From NCBI RefSeq assembly GCF_009914755.1, contig NC_060934.1: DNA of 64,000 bases. One strand, written 5' to 3'. This DNA is from the human T2T-CHM13v2.0 reference genome, Homo sapiens. Made by a program: the position numbers and the translations under genes. Shown here piece by piece: positions 1 through 12,334 of the stretch (its first letter is position 1; the number at the start of each line of letters is the position of its first letter). The notes beneath the pieces were generated by a model, which searched no databases, was not told the origin of the DNA, and worked only from the letters and a program-made list of their open reading frames with translations.

Positions 1-211
1 CTGGGTTCACGCCATTCTCCTGCCTCAGCCTCCCAAGCAGCTAGGACTACAGGCGCCCGCCACTACGACTGGCTAATTTTTTGTATTTTTTTAAATAGAG
101 AGGGGGTTTCACTGTATTAGCCAGGATGGTCTTGATCTTCTGACCTCGTGATCCGCCCACCTGAGCCTCCCAAAGTGCTGGGATTACAGACGTGAGCCAC
201 CGTGCCCAGCC
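1..211 (-). mobile_element. AluY-like SINE, truncated by window start
   Basis: Reverse-strand Alu with ttcacgccattctcctgcc and ccaggatggtcttgatc; ends gtgagccaccgtgcccagcc. Confidence 0.95.
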
Positions 212-399
212 GACATGAGATTTTTTTTAAAAAAACACAAGAATCCATTTAACAAAATTTTTAAAGTAAAAAGATTAAATACTTTTATAGTTATTTCTTC
301 ATGCTTCATATATTTTAATTCAACTTTAAATTTACTAAAAATACATAATTTTATACTAAATTTTTTTTTGTTCTTAGAGAAAGCTAATTAAGAAATGAA

Positions 400-520
400 G
401 TGGATGTGGTGGCTCACACCTACAATCCCAGACACACAGAAGGCTGAAACTGAAGGATTTCTTGAGCCCAGGGGTTCAAGACCAGCCTGGGCAACATAGT
501 GAGACCTCCTCTCAAATACA
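400..520 (+). mobile_element. Alu left monomer (FLAM_C/AluJ-like)
   Basis: gtggtggctcacacctacaatcccag...ttgagcccaggggttcaagaccagcctgggcaacatagtgagacc; single diverged monomer. Confidence 0.85.
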
Positions 521-574
521 GAATGTTCTATACTAATGCTGATGATGGTGATAAGGTGCTGGCCAGCAGGCTAA

Positions 575-750
575 ATGTTTCTCTACATCTTCTCAGTTTG
601 TTCTCACAGTGACTCTATGTGTCGATATTATGTTATCCAAGTTCTATGGATCAGATGTATGAGGCTTAGAGGGACTATCAACTTAATTGGAGCTAAGAAA
701 AATACGCAAGTCTGCTTGACTCCAAAGCCATGCTGATAAATCGCTATGCT
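575..750 (-). mobile_element. MIR fragment
   Basis: gaggcttagaggg...ctgcttgactccaaagccatgct resembles the reverse MIR core. Confidence 0.55.
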
Positions 751-1073
751 GTAAGGTGTTTCCATAGCTGCATAACACTCCATCTATGAAAATATTGACT
801 CCACAGAGAGCACTTAAGGCTCATGGTGGCCTAGAATTCCAGATTTCAGAGCCAACAGAGACCTCAGAGTTCATGTAACCTGTCCCATTCCTGGAGCAGC
901 ACACACTCACTCACTTCCTCAAGCTGGACATTTAGGGGCCTTTCTCTCATTTTGTTCATGTGGCACCAACTCTGCTAATTTGGCCTTCACAATATTTCCA
1001 ATCTGTTTTTTTTTTTTCCTTCATCTTCGTGGTCATTGTCTTATTCAAAGATGCCATGATTATCTCTGACCTG

Positions 1074-1260
1074 ACCTGTAATCCCAGCACTTTGGGAGGC
1101 TAACGAAGGCGGATTGTAATCCCAGCTACTCAGGAGACTGAGGAAGGAGAATCGTTTGAACAGGGAGGCAGAGGTTGCATTGAGCTGAGATCATGTCACT
1201 GTGCTCCAGTCTGGGCGGCAAGAAGGAAACTCCAACTCACAAAATAAAAAACAAAAAAAA
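1074..1260 (+). mobile_element. AluS with internal deletion
   Basis: cctgtaatcccagcactttgggagg...ggcggat joined directly to right-arm tgtaatcccagctact at 1114/1115; A-rich tail to 1260. Confidence 0.9.
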
Positions 1261-1901
1261 GAAATGAAGACTTACAGGCCGCACTCCAGATGTTCTGACC
1301 CGGAATCTACATTTCCACATCTTCAGGTGATGCCTTTGCACATTGTAGTAGAGTGGTTTTTAAAGTCTTTAAAAAATATTTTGGGAGTGAAGGTGGGGTG
1401 GAAGGTGGAGGGCCTTGAGAGCCTGGATTGATTTATATGGGTTGTAAGTAAACCAGTGTCAGTCACAGCAGGTCTGCAGCACCACCAGAAGCATTTGAGC
1501 TGGCAGACAAAATTCATTATTTCTATTCAAAATAGCAATTCTTCCCATCATGGTCCCATCTTTTATTTGAGGCACACATTTCCCAAGGGGCAGCTAGAGA
1601 GACCATACGTAGGTCTGATCTTAATTATTATTTACTTCATAAGCTTTGGTGGTTTTTTTTTGTTTTTTCTTCCTTTTTACTATATCATCACTATCAAAGT
1701 GTGGGGGCTCATTGTCAAGGTGACTGGTCTTTACTGGATTAAATTCCAGCATCCTCATTTCACTGACTTCCCTTGATTCTTACTATTGAAAGAACATAAG
1801 GCACTCTACAATTCTGACTGCTTCCCTCTGATTCGTTTGTCTCTTCATAAGTTTTCATCACTTTGTTGTCTATATATTACTGCAAACTTGATTTCTATCT
1901 C

Positions 1902-1982
1902 ATAGGTTGGTGCAAAATTAATTGTAGTGTTTGCCATTACTTTTAAAAGGCAAAAACTGCAATTTATTTTGCACCAATATAA
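1902..1982. mobile_element. MADE1 (Hsmar1-derived MITE), ~80 bp palindrome
   Basis: taggttggtgcaaaa...tttgccattacttttaaaaggcaaaaactgcaat...ttttgcaccaa matches the recalled MADE1 consensus; two inverted arms followed by TA. Confidence 0.92.
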
Positions 1983-2090
1983 TACTAATTGGCCCTGTTC
2001 CTTGTCTCTCCCAGTGCAGTGGATTGTGTCCCTGAATTCCTCCTCTGACTTTGCATGGAGAGAGATATTTAAAAATGTATTAGGAGCCAT

Positions 2091-2188
2091 GTGAACCCGG
2101 GAGGTGGAGCTTGCAGTGAGCCGAGGTCGCACCACTGCACTCCAGCCTGGGTGACATAGTGAGATTCTGTCTCAAAAAAAAAAAAAAA
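2091..2188 (+). mobile_element. 5'-truncated AluY (right-arm end) with TSD
   Basis: gtgaacccgggaggtggagcttgcagtgagccgag...polyA; TSD aaaaatgtatt(a/g)gga at 2071 and 2184. Confidence 0.92.
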
Positions 2189-2362
2189 TGTATTGGGATC
2201 ATCATACTTCTCTGCTTCAAACTCTTTTCCCGCTGTGCTTGTATTTCAGACATTTTCATCTGGACCATAGGCCTTGCAGGATTTCATCCTCGTCTTTGCT
2301 CTAGAATCTTTCCTATTGCTCTTCTCTCTCACTTACCAGATGCCATGATTATCTCTGACCTG

Positions 2363-2594
2363 ACCTGTAATCCCAGCACTTTGGGAGGCTAACGCAGGCA
2401 GATCACCTGAGGTAAGGAGTTCAAGACCAACCTGGCCAACATGATGAAACCCCGTTTCTACTAAAAATACAAAGATTAGCTGGTCATGGTGGTGAGTGCC
2501 TGTAATCCCAGCTACTCAAGAGACTGAGGAAGGAGAATCGTTTGAACAGGGAGGCGGAGGTTGCATTGAGCTGAGATCATGCCACTGCGCTCCA
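2363..2594 (+). mobile_element. AluS copy, 3'-truncated, no tail; local duplicate of the Alu at 1074
   Basis: Shares the 5' flank and private substitutions with 1049-1208; stops at gcgctcca. Confidence 0.9.
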
Positions 2595-2924
2595 AACAAA
2601 GGCCTCTTTGGTTTTTCAAGCTCACCAATATCTACCCTCTTCTGCCAGCCCCTACCTTCTACACATGCCTGATTTTTGTCCTCTTCATATTGGTCCTCAA
2701 CCATCACCTCCTCAGAGAGAGCTGTTTTCTCACTCTGATTATTTCTCATAGAACCCCAAAGGTAATACAATCAATAATCCTCTCTAATCATACCTGTGTT
2801 TGTTTCATTTGTTTAGACTTTGGACTTTATAGAAACACAGTCTTTGTCTTTTGTTCACCATTGTCTTCTGTCATATATACATTGTTTTGTTTTCTAATGC
2901 ATGGATTCAGTCTATTTGCTTCAT

Positions 2925-3045
2925 TCAACAGAAGAGAAAATTGAGGTCTGGAAGGGTTAAGTTGACTTGTTGAAGACCATGATTCTGTGAGCAGCAGAGC
3001 CAGATTTTCTGGCTCTCAACACAGTATGCTTTTCATTACATTGTC
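2925..3045 (-). mobile_element. MIR fragment
   Basis: agagaaaattgaggtctggaagggttaagttgacttg...gcagcagagccag, reverse MIR core. Confidence 0.65.
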
Positions 3046-4625
3046 ACTGCACAGAGTTAGCAATTTAAGACACAGTCCTGCTAACTGAAGATGACTTAAC
3101 ATAAACTTTGATCATATAACTCAAATCACCACTCTGCAGTTATCATGGACATTGAACTCCACTGGCCATCGAAGCCAGCAGTGTGAAAACAGCTGTTTTT
3201 CATTCACTGAGGTCAGTAGGTCTAAGATAAATAAAGAAGGGATTCTGCATTGACTGACGACTCCATGCCGGCAAAGTTGGTGGAAGTAAGAGCAATGCCG
3301 GTAAGCCAAAATCTGACTCACTGGCCACCAAGTCTGACTCCTCCCAGTGGGAAATATCTGCTCTGGGAGTCACTGGACCCATTTTTCTGCAAGTCAAGAG
3401 ATCCAGTGTCACACCCTGCCAGCCTCTATTGACCTTCTGGGGCGATAGGTATGGATGTGGTGCAGTTAGCAATGTGCCACGCCCTCCACATGCAAGAGAG
3501 ACAAATTCAACACAGGAGAAAAGTGGAGCTGAAGGGAAAATTTTCTCCTAAGAAATAAAATGGTTTTTAAGTGCCAAACTGTAGGATACACTTAATCTTA
3601 CTGAGGATCAAATTAAGAAATGTTATTTGTTCTAACAGCATGGATTAGGTCGGTTCAACAGAAGCCTGTTTCTCAAAAACAAAACAAAACAACAACAACA
3701 ACAAAAATCAAAGAGAATAAGGAAGGCACTGGGTTTAGCTATTATAATACCAACACCTTACAAAGCATAATGTTCCAAACAAGAAAAATGTTCCCCCTAA
3801 AATGGTCCAGTTTATGACTTCGAAGGATCCTGACAATATTTGAAGGAGGCTAAAGGTCTGTGTAAAACCAGCTCCATTGCTCACCTTTCTTATCCAGGAC
3901 ATCATATGTTCTTCCTGCCTAGGGTGATGATGATTTGGGGTGGGAGGAGGGTCTGGCCTGGCATTCTATGGGCACAGTGGTTATGTGGCCACGGCTGTGA
4001 GAGTCAGTACTCTGCAGTGGCAAGCAGCCAAGCTGGAAATTACATAGGTTGCAAATGGTGTACCCCTGCTGTTCATGTGCTGTTGCTAAAGACACCCTGC
4101 TCAATCCAATCAGTCAGTCACTCTCTAAATCAGAAGCACATGTAGTAGGCATGTACTCTTCAGCCACAATAGTGTCTCCTTGTGTAATGGGTTTGGCCAT
4201 TCAGAAACTGAACATATTCTGGGGGTGCACCTGTACTGAGCAGGCCATGTAATGAGGGTTAATTGTGGGGTTAATAGAATGATAAACTTTGCTATCCTCA
4301 GCAGCTGCAGGTAATATTGCAGCAAAATCATTCACATGTGCAACTAATTGAATGGCTTCTTCAAACTAGGCATCTTTAAGAGCTAGGAACAGAGAGCTGA
4401 TAATTGCATGTGGGGTATAAATAGCCTTTCAATTACAGCTCACAAAAACACTTCCTCCTGCTGCCTGATGCAGAGTATTCATGGTAGGCCAATGTGTGGT
4501 TTCTGAGGAATGAAAACCAGATTAGGAAGACCTATTGCAGCCAAACATGCTCTTTTTATGATAAAGCCTAATGAGGGTTAATTTCATCTCCTTGTTCACC
4601 AGGTGCTACCGAGTGTTGAGTGCTC

Positions 4626-4696
4626 TGTGCACGTGTGTGTGTGAGCATACACGCAAGTGTGTGTGTGTGTCTGTGCGTGTGTGTGTGTGAGAGAGA
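4626..4696. repeat. Imperfect (TG)n/(AG)n microsatellite
   Basis: Interrupted gtgtgt runs followed by gagaga. Confidence 0.8.
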
Positions 4697-5189
4697 AAAA
4701 GAGCAAGAGACCTACAGATGATAGAAGTTTAGGATGGCTCTAGAAAAATCCCAGCCAAAATATCTATTACTCAGCTTCAGCTTGAAAGATGATACCATTG
4801 GTAGAGTCAACAACTCTGAGCGTCTGTGCTGACCCAGGCAAGAAGAGTTTTCAGTACCTCCATGAACATAAAACAGGCAGTAAAGATTTGATTTAGATGT
4901 ATTTAATGAACAATAAAAGCTAGGAATTAAATCGTAGGGAGGAGAAGCAGCTTTTTGGCACTCTCTTGGCTAATAGCATCAGGATGGTAAAGACATAGGA
5001 TGGGAAGAGCGGCCAAGCAAGTGGTTCTCCTAATGATTATGTATTATGTCAATTTATTTTTCCAAAGGACACAGGTGGAAGGAACCAGATGAAGTAGGTG
5101 GTTGAGCTTCTGGAGCTGCTGTGGAACATTTTGTACAAACAGGGAGTGGTAACATCTGTTCCATAAAGAGAAAACACTCTGCTGTCAAA

Positions 5190-5365
5190 AGAGCAGTAGG
5201 CTCAGCAGGAGATTCGAGTCCAGTCCAAGCTGTGTCCCTGCTTCCTATGTCAATGTGGCAAATCACTTGAACCCTCTGAATTTCCATTTAGCCATCTATC
5301 TTGTAATATATAATAACAATTATCATCTATATAACTCTTTAGACTTATTATCTGATGCAAATGCT
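5190..5365 (+). mobile_element. MIR fragment
   Basis: tgtggcaaatcacttgaaccctctgaatttccattt...catctat resembles the MIR core. Confidence 0.6.
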
Positions 5366-5589
5366 CTACTAGATCTTCAACAAGAAAATGAGTTAGTCAT
5401 TTGCTTCATTGCAGATTGTAAAGGCTAGAGATAAAGGAAATAAATTTTTTATTAAAATTCTTACAAAGTAAGATAATTTTCCCTTTTTATGACTTTGGTT
5501 AAATGCGTTCGAACCAAATCAACCATTCTATAATATGCCACATTGGGACACATAAATTAAAGCAATTACCCCGAATTAACATGTGCAGA

Positions 5590-5914
5590 GTCTGGACGTG
5601 GTGGCTCACGCCTGTAATCCCAGCACTTTGGGAGGCCGAGGTGGGTTAATCAGCTGAGATCAGGAGTTCAAGACCAGCCTGGCCAACATGGTGAAACCCT
5701 GTCTCTACAAAAATTAGTGGGGCATGATGGCGTGTGCCTGTAATCCCAGCTACTCGGGAGGCTGAGGCAGAAGAATCACTGGAACCCATGAAGCAGAGGA
5801 CGCACTGAGCCTAGGTCGCGCCATTACACTCCAGCCTGGGCGACAGAGCAAGACTCTGTCTCAAAAAAAACAAAAAACAAAAAACAAAAAAAACAAAAAC
5901 CAAACAAACAAAAA
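5590..5914 (+). mobile_element. AluS (Sx-like), CA-rich tail
   Basis: Full dimer; (caaaaa)n tail; TSD remnant atgtgcag on both sides. Confidence 0.95.
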
Positions 5915-6149
5915 TGTGCAGGTCTACAAAAGCTAAAGCCTATCTTTTTCAACCAGTATTCAACAAACACTTCACACAACACCCTTTCTAACTTAATCCA
6001 CTATCTCAATTGTGCCTTCATTCTTTGAGTGATGAGTTTTGTTTAAAATATTATGATAGCTTCTGAATATCTTAAATATTTTTGGAACTTCTATACTCAG
6101 ATACACTTACAATATTTTTCCCACGCACATACAATTTATTTATTGGCTT

Positions 6150-6305
6150 ATCCATTAATTCATCGACAGATATTTGTTTGTTTTTTGCTCACCAAATGCT
6201 AGGCACTGTTCTAGAAGCTGGGTAACCCAGAATACAGCACAATAAAGTTTCTGTCTTGCTAAGCTTATATTCTGGTGAAAGTTAGGTTATATTCTGGTGG
6301 GAGAG
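6150..6305 (-). mobile_element. L2 3' end fragment
   Basis: attcatcgacagatatttg...tgctaggcactgttctagaagctggg...agcttatattctgg, reverse L2 3' end. Confidence 0.7.
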
Positions 6306-6307
6306 AG

Positions 6308-6402
6308 ATTATATATATATAACCATATGTGTAATTATTATGTAAACATATGTATATATGATATTTTATATGTGTGTACATATGTGTGTGCATGTATATA
6401 TA
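6308..6402. repeat. TA/TG-rich low-complexity repeat
   Basis: Alternating tata/tatg/tgtg. Confidence 0.8.
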
Positions 6403-6404
6403 AA

Positions 6405-6560
6405 CAGATGGTCACTGACTCACCATGGTTTGACTCATGATATGATTTTTCATTTTTATGATAGATTTATCAGGGTATTAAATACATTTTACAACTATGA
6501 TATTTTCAACTTATAGTAACTTTTCGGAACATAACCCCACTGTAAGTTAAAAAGACACTC
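6405..6560. mobile_element. MER47/Tigger5-type non-autonomous DNA transposon
   Basis: Left end cagatggtcactgactcaccatggtttgact; right end ggaacataaccccactgtaagtt resembles the opposite terminus. Confidence 0.7.
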
Positions 6561-6564
6561 TTTT

Positions 6565-6875
<311 letters not shown>

Positions 6876-6979
6876 TTAAAGGTGGGTCACAGGCCTGGCC
6901 CACCTCCTCCCCAGGCACCCATGTGTCAGGCACAAGGCACTGCCACACATGGTGGCCTGGGGAGAAGGATCTTTGGAGA

Positions 6980-7725
6980 AGTATTATTTAATACAGGGTA
7001 CTCGGGATAAGACTCTTTGATAAGGGGACATTTAAACAGAGACCTAAATGGGATGAGAAAGCTGGCTCTGCAGACATTTGGGGGTGCACATTCCAGGCCC
7101 AGGAGGGGCAAGTGCCAAGGGCCTGACGTGGGCGGGGACCTCGTGTGCTCCTGGCAGAGCCAGGGAGCCAGCGAGCCAGCGAGTCTGAGTGAGACTGAGT
7201 GAGCTGGAGCAGAGAATTCAATTCCCAAAGAGACACTGAAAGGCCTTTAGATTTTATTTGATGTGATATGGAAAGCCACTGCAGGTTGGGGCAGAGGAGT
7301 GATGTCATTGTATTTATTTGTAGAAGGTCCCTCTGAGCTACTGCAGGGAGAATGGACTGCAGGAACTACGGGTGGGGACAGGCAGGTCTGAGAGGAAGCT
7401 GCTGAGCGGGCCCGAGCCAGAGGATGATGTTTGGATTAAGATAATATTGGAGAGATCAGTGATACTCACTCCTATTCTGAACATATTCTGAAGAAAGAGC
7501 GAATGAGTTTTTATACAAGACAAAGAGGAGAGTCAGAAGTGACTTCAGGGTTTTGGTTTTGAATGAACACAGAGTTGCCATTTACTGAATGAGGAAGATT
7601 GGGATGAGAGGTTTTGTTGGGTGAAACCAAGAGTTTAGTTTTGAACATGGCAAGTGTGAGATACCTCTGACACCCAAACAGGCAAAGATATCTCCAGTCT
7701 AGAGCTCAGGGGAGGGGTTGGAGCG
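6980..7725 (-). mobile_element. L2 (L2a-like) fragment
   Basis: gacatttaaacagagacctaaatg, ggaaagccactgcaggtt...gcagaggagtgatg, gccatttactga, gagtttagttttgaacatg are typical reverse L2 motifs; continues the L2 at 6150. Confidence 0.8.
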
Positions 7726-7868
7726 GTAATCATGGCAAACGGCCTCTTTTTAATTACCACAGAAGTACATTGGGTTTTCCAGTGGTTCTAGGTGACCCTC
7801 TTCTGCGACGTTTTGTTATGCGGAGTTTATTCATGCTTATTCAGTAGCATTTAAAGAAACCGCGGAAG

Positions 7869-8090
7869 TATAGTTAATAACAGTGTGCTGAATTCTTGAA
7901 AATTGTAAAGACAGTACACGTTTAAGTGTTCTCATCACACACACACACAAATGATAAGCCCGTGTGGGAAAGCATATGCTAATGAGCTCAGTTGAGGCAT
8001 TACACAATGCATGCCTACACCAAAACATTCTGTGGTACGTGATAAACATATATGAAGACAATTTCTGTCAATTACAAAAATAGAAAAAAG
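7869..8090 (+). mobile_element. L1MA-type 3' end with TSD
   Basis: tatagttaataac...tgttctcatcacac...aaacat 3'UTR; TSD aaagaaaccgcggaagt (7853) / aaagaaaccactgaagt (8087). Confidence 0.8.
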
Positions 8091-8544
8091 AAACCACTGA
8101 AGTGGTGGATTCCTTCTGCTGAGAGGATTTGGAGGCCTTAGAAAGTTACTTTATTAAACATGACTGCTCTGTCAAGAATAGAAGTCAACATGTGAGATAC
8201 AATGAACCAGCATGTGCCCAAGTAAGGGGATTTCCAGAACATTCAAAGAGAGTATTCTACTCTTTCCAGAGTATTTTAATCTCTGAAAGATTACTATAAG
8301 GTACAAGTGTGACCACATCCAGCTGTCCCTTCTCTCCATCTGGCTGGGCACATCCAATCTCTGATGCCACCTAAATTCCACCTCTTGCATTGATCCTTTG
8401 ACAATCACTTTAATCATAAGGGCTGTTTCCCCTCTGATTTCCCATACCCTCTAGTGAGTAACCTTGTATTTACTCCTTTCTGATTTTCCTGTGGCCTCTG
8501 TTTGAATCCTGGATATGCCCCTTATTATGCTCCTGCCTTGCAGA

Positions 8545-8700
8545 GGCCTCTCTTAGCCTCAGTTTCCTCATCTATAAGGAAATAGAAGACCTAATACAGG
8601 CTCTGTAGTCCTATAACATTCAGCCTTGCAGAGATGTTATTTATAGCGTAAATGAAATGCTATACATTATTACCAGTTGCTCAATAAATAGTAGAAATAA
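8545..8700 (+). mobile_element. MIR fragment
   Basis: agcctcagtttcctcatctataa core; gctcaataaata 3' motif. Confidence 0.7.
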
Positions 8701-11543
8701 TTTTGTGAATATGTGCATTATTATTTTTACTCCTTTTGTATTTTTATGAATCTTGTTTTATTTTACCATCTTTACTATAACATATTATGTAGCTGAACCC
8801 ACGGACACATCCTCAATAAACATTTGTCAGATGAATTAAACATGAATTAAATAAAAGAGAGAATATTTTGAGGGAGTAAAATATATTCTTTTGAAATGAC
8901 AACTTATTGGGAAAATTTTGGAAGATTCAGCCAATTTAGAAACATTTCTGCTATGTCCAAAACAAACAAACAAACTAACAACAAAAAAAAATGACTACAG
9001 GTAAAAGAATTCCCCAACAATCTCTTTAGGCTTCTTTTGTAAACAGTAGATAAAGTAACATTTTAAAAATTAGTTAGTCTGAATATATAACAGTAAAAAA
9101 AAAAAAACTATGGGTAGTCAAAATCTGTATCTTGTCAAATTAAAAAGAAAATCAAAGTTGGAAGCTAAAAATTATTTTCACAAAATGACTTGGCATAAAT
9201 TATATTGGTAAAATGAATTTTCCTTCCTAAAATAAAAAAGACAAGGCAATGCTGATAACTTTTCTTTTATAGTATTTCAAGGCCTTACACTGAACTTCAA
9301 AGAAAGCCAGACTTAAAATAACCTGAATGCAGCTGCATTTTCATCAGTTTTGCTGCACTTTTACCTTTACCGCCATTCATCATCTAAGTCAAACAGTTTA
9401 TAAGGAGAAGACATAAATTCTAACCCCAAGCCAGGAATGCTATCAATGAGTTTGGAAGTTTACATTCTGTTGGCATGAGGTCACTATTTGCTGTCACTGG
9501 TGATCAATGAGCCGGCCAGTGTCCTTAGCCCTAGCCTATCTTTCTGAGTTTAGCAAGTTTCCCAGTTTTAATGAGTTTACTTACAGTCCTCAGAAAATAA
9601 TTTTCTACTGAAATTCACCAAGTCCCATTTAGGTGATTTAAAATAGCAAACAATTTTTAAAAGCAGTAGGAATCTAAATTGCCATCCACACTGTTGGTAT
9701 TTTAAAAACAGTGATTGATGAGACAGAGGAGAAAGGATTATGTCTATAAATAAGCAAAGACTTAAAACCTTTTAGCAAGAACATTTATATCACCCAGGTT
9801 AATCTCTTATGACAATAGTTGTGGTCTCTTGGAAATTTGACAATGTCTTCCAGTGATTAGGAAGATATGGTTTTCTTATTAATACACAAAGAACTGGGGT
9901 ACCATGGTTAATATTTTACTGAATTGTGGAAAAGTGGTAGATTTTTCTCAGTCCTAGTGGCACTGACATTTTAACTCACTTATCTCTGATTTATTAAGTT
10001 CTTGACAGTGCCAAAAAAAAGAAAAAAAAGGGATGCATTTTGCCTGAAGGATCTGTAGCTAAGGCGATTTGACATATGCTTTTCTTCTCTCTTAAGGGGG
10101 TCGTCCCAGCTGTGCAATTGCCATTTCATGGTGCAGTAGTCTTTAAGATTATTTCTTACATAGTGGAATTTTGTGTCACCACAATATTTTGAAAATTTGC
10201 TAAAATGACATCTTACATTAAATTTTGAATTTTATGAAAAAAACAAATACTTCAAGCTAAAATTATAATCAAAGATTATCCTAAGGATACAATGGAAAAA
10301 ACGCCCAATAATACATGAGAGGGCAAATACAATAGATGGGATGCCTATTAGATATTAATATCGTGTCAATGCATTGCTTATGTTTATTAGATTTCTCCTT
10401 TAAGCTACTGATTATAAGGACGGATATGCTCAGGGAATTTTATCATTTTATAAAAGATAACATGATAAGAAAATTTATAGTTACTTGATATATATGAATA
10501 CATGAGCTCATGATTTACATGATTAAATTGGATGTCATGTAAAGGATAATACAGCTCTCCTCTCCATCTCTCTTATGTGGTCATCAGATTAATACTCCAG
10601 GTGGGTAGACTCCTGTAGATGATCTTATAGAACAAGGGTGTACTTCATTTTCAAATAGGCATCAAAGCTTTTATAAAAATGTAGGGCCAAACTGTCATGA
10701 TACTGTATAGTTCAATTTGCTGTGCATAGACCCACAGTTACAATACATATTATTTAAACTCCAGGCAGCAGTCTGGCAAAAGTGTGCTGTGGGTTATAAA
10801 GGGACAGGACAGAGCATTTGAAGGCGATGGAATAAACCCATCACCCATACTGGAAAAACAACTTAGAGACCACACCATATTTATAAGAGGGTCAGCGGCA
10901 ACAATTTTATATATAAAAGGACTGGTCTACAGTAATCGAGCCCCCAAGTTTTCACTGGGAGATGTTTTCAAAGTTCATAAATGATATTTTTTGGTCCTAG
11001 GCACAGAACAAATGGAAAATACTAAGAATTCAAATGAAATGGTTTATAGTTTGCATCAGCTTTTAAGTTTGATTTATAACAAAGATAACTGCAAATGTAA
11101 TGGGTCTTCACTGTATTCATGATCTTCATGACACCAGAAAATACCAACTTATACCACTTGGGTGAACTGTTTTCCTTTTGAACTGTGATACTAAAATAAA
11201 GTGACAGCATGTTAAAATATATATTTAAGTAAATATTGTACTTCTGCATAGCTACCCACTGTTGACTAATGTCAATAATACATCTTGATCACAGTGGTAA
11301 TTATTTCTGTTGCCATCGTATAAGCCACATAATTATGTAAGTACAACACTTAAAAATAGAAAAAAAATTCACATAGCTTAAAAATATAAGATGCTCCTTA
11401 AAATTTAGGGCTGGTTGTTATAAAAATAAAATTATTTCCAAAAGAATACAAAATTTGCAAGTGTGAGACTACCCTCTTGAAAAAGACAGCAAAACCAAAA
11501 AAGAATTTGGAGAAATACTTTGAGTAATAGCAACACTACTATA

Positions 11544-11968
11544 CGTTGACCCTTGAACAATATGGGTCAGTACTGCACCAGTTCACTTATAAATAGATTT
11601 CCTTCTGCCTCTGACACCCCTGAGACAGCAAGACCAACTCCTTCTCTTCCTCCTCCTCAGCCTACTCAATGTGGAGGTGAGGATGAAGCTCTTTATCATA
11701 GTGTACTTCCACTTCATGAATAGTAAACCTATTTTCTTCCTTATGATTTTCTTAATAACATTTTCTTTCCTCTAGCTTACTGATTGTAAGAATATAGAAT
11801 ACATATAACATACAAATGTGGTTAATCGGTGGTTCGTGTTATGGGTGAGGCTTTTTGTTAACCACAGGCTATCAGCAGTTAAGTCTGGGGAAAGTCAAAA
11901 TTATACCTGAGTATTCCACTGCCTAGGAGTCAGCACTTCTAAGCCTCAGGTTGTTCCAGAGTCAACCG
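11544..11968. mobile_element. Tigger2a (MER28) DNA transposon, both TIRs present
   Basis: TIRs cgttgacccttgaacaa / ttgttccagagtcaaccg flanked by TA on both sides; internal cccctgagacagcaagacc...cagcctactcaa. Confidence 0.9.
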
Positions 11969-12008
11969 TAATTTTTAGAACCTCTCTAGGTAGTTAATTT
12001 AAAGGGGA

Positions 12009-12334
<326 letters not shown>

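Noticed and set aside
1268-1350. MER5-like fragment
   Set aside because: Similarity (gaatctacattt..caggtgatg..tgcacatt) is too short and degraded to list as a feature.
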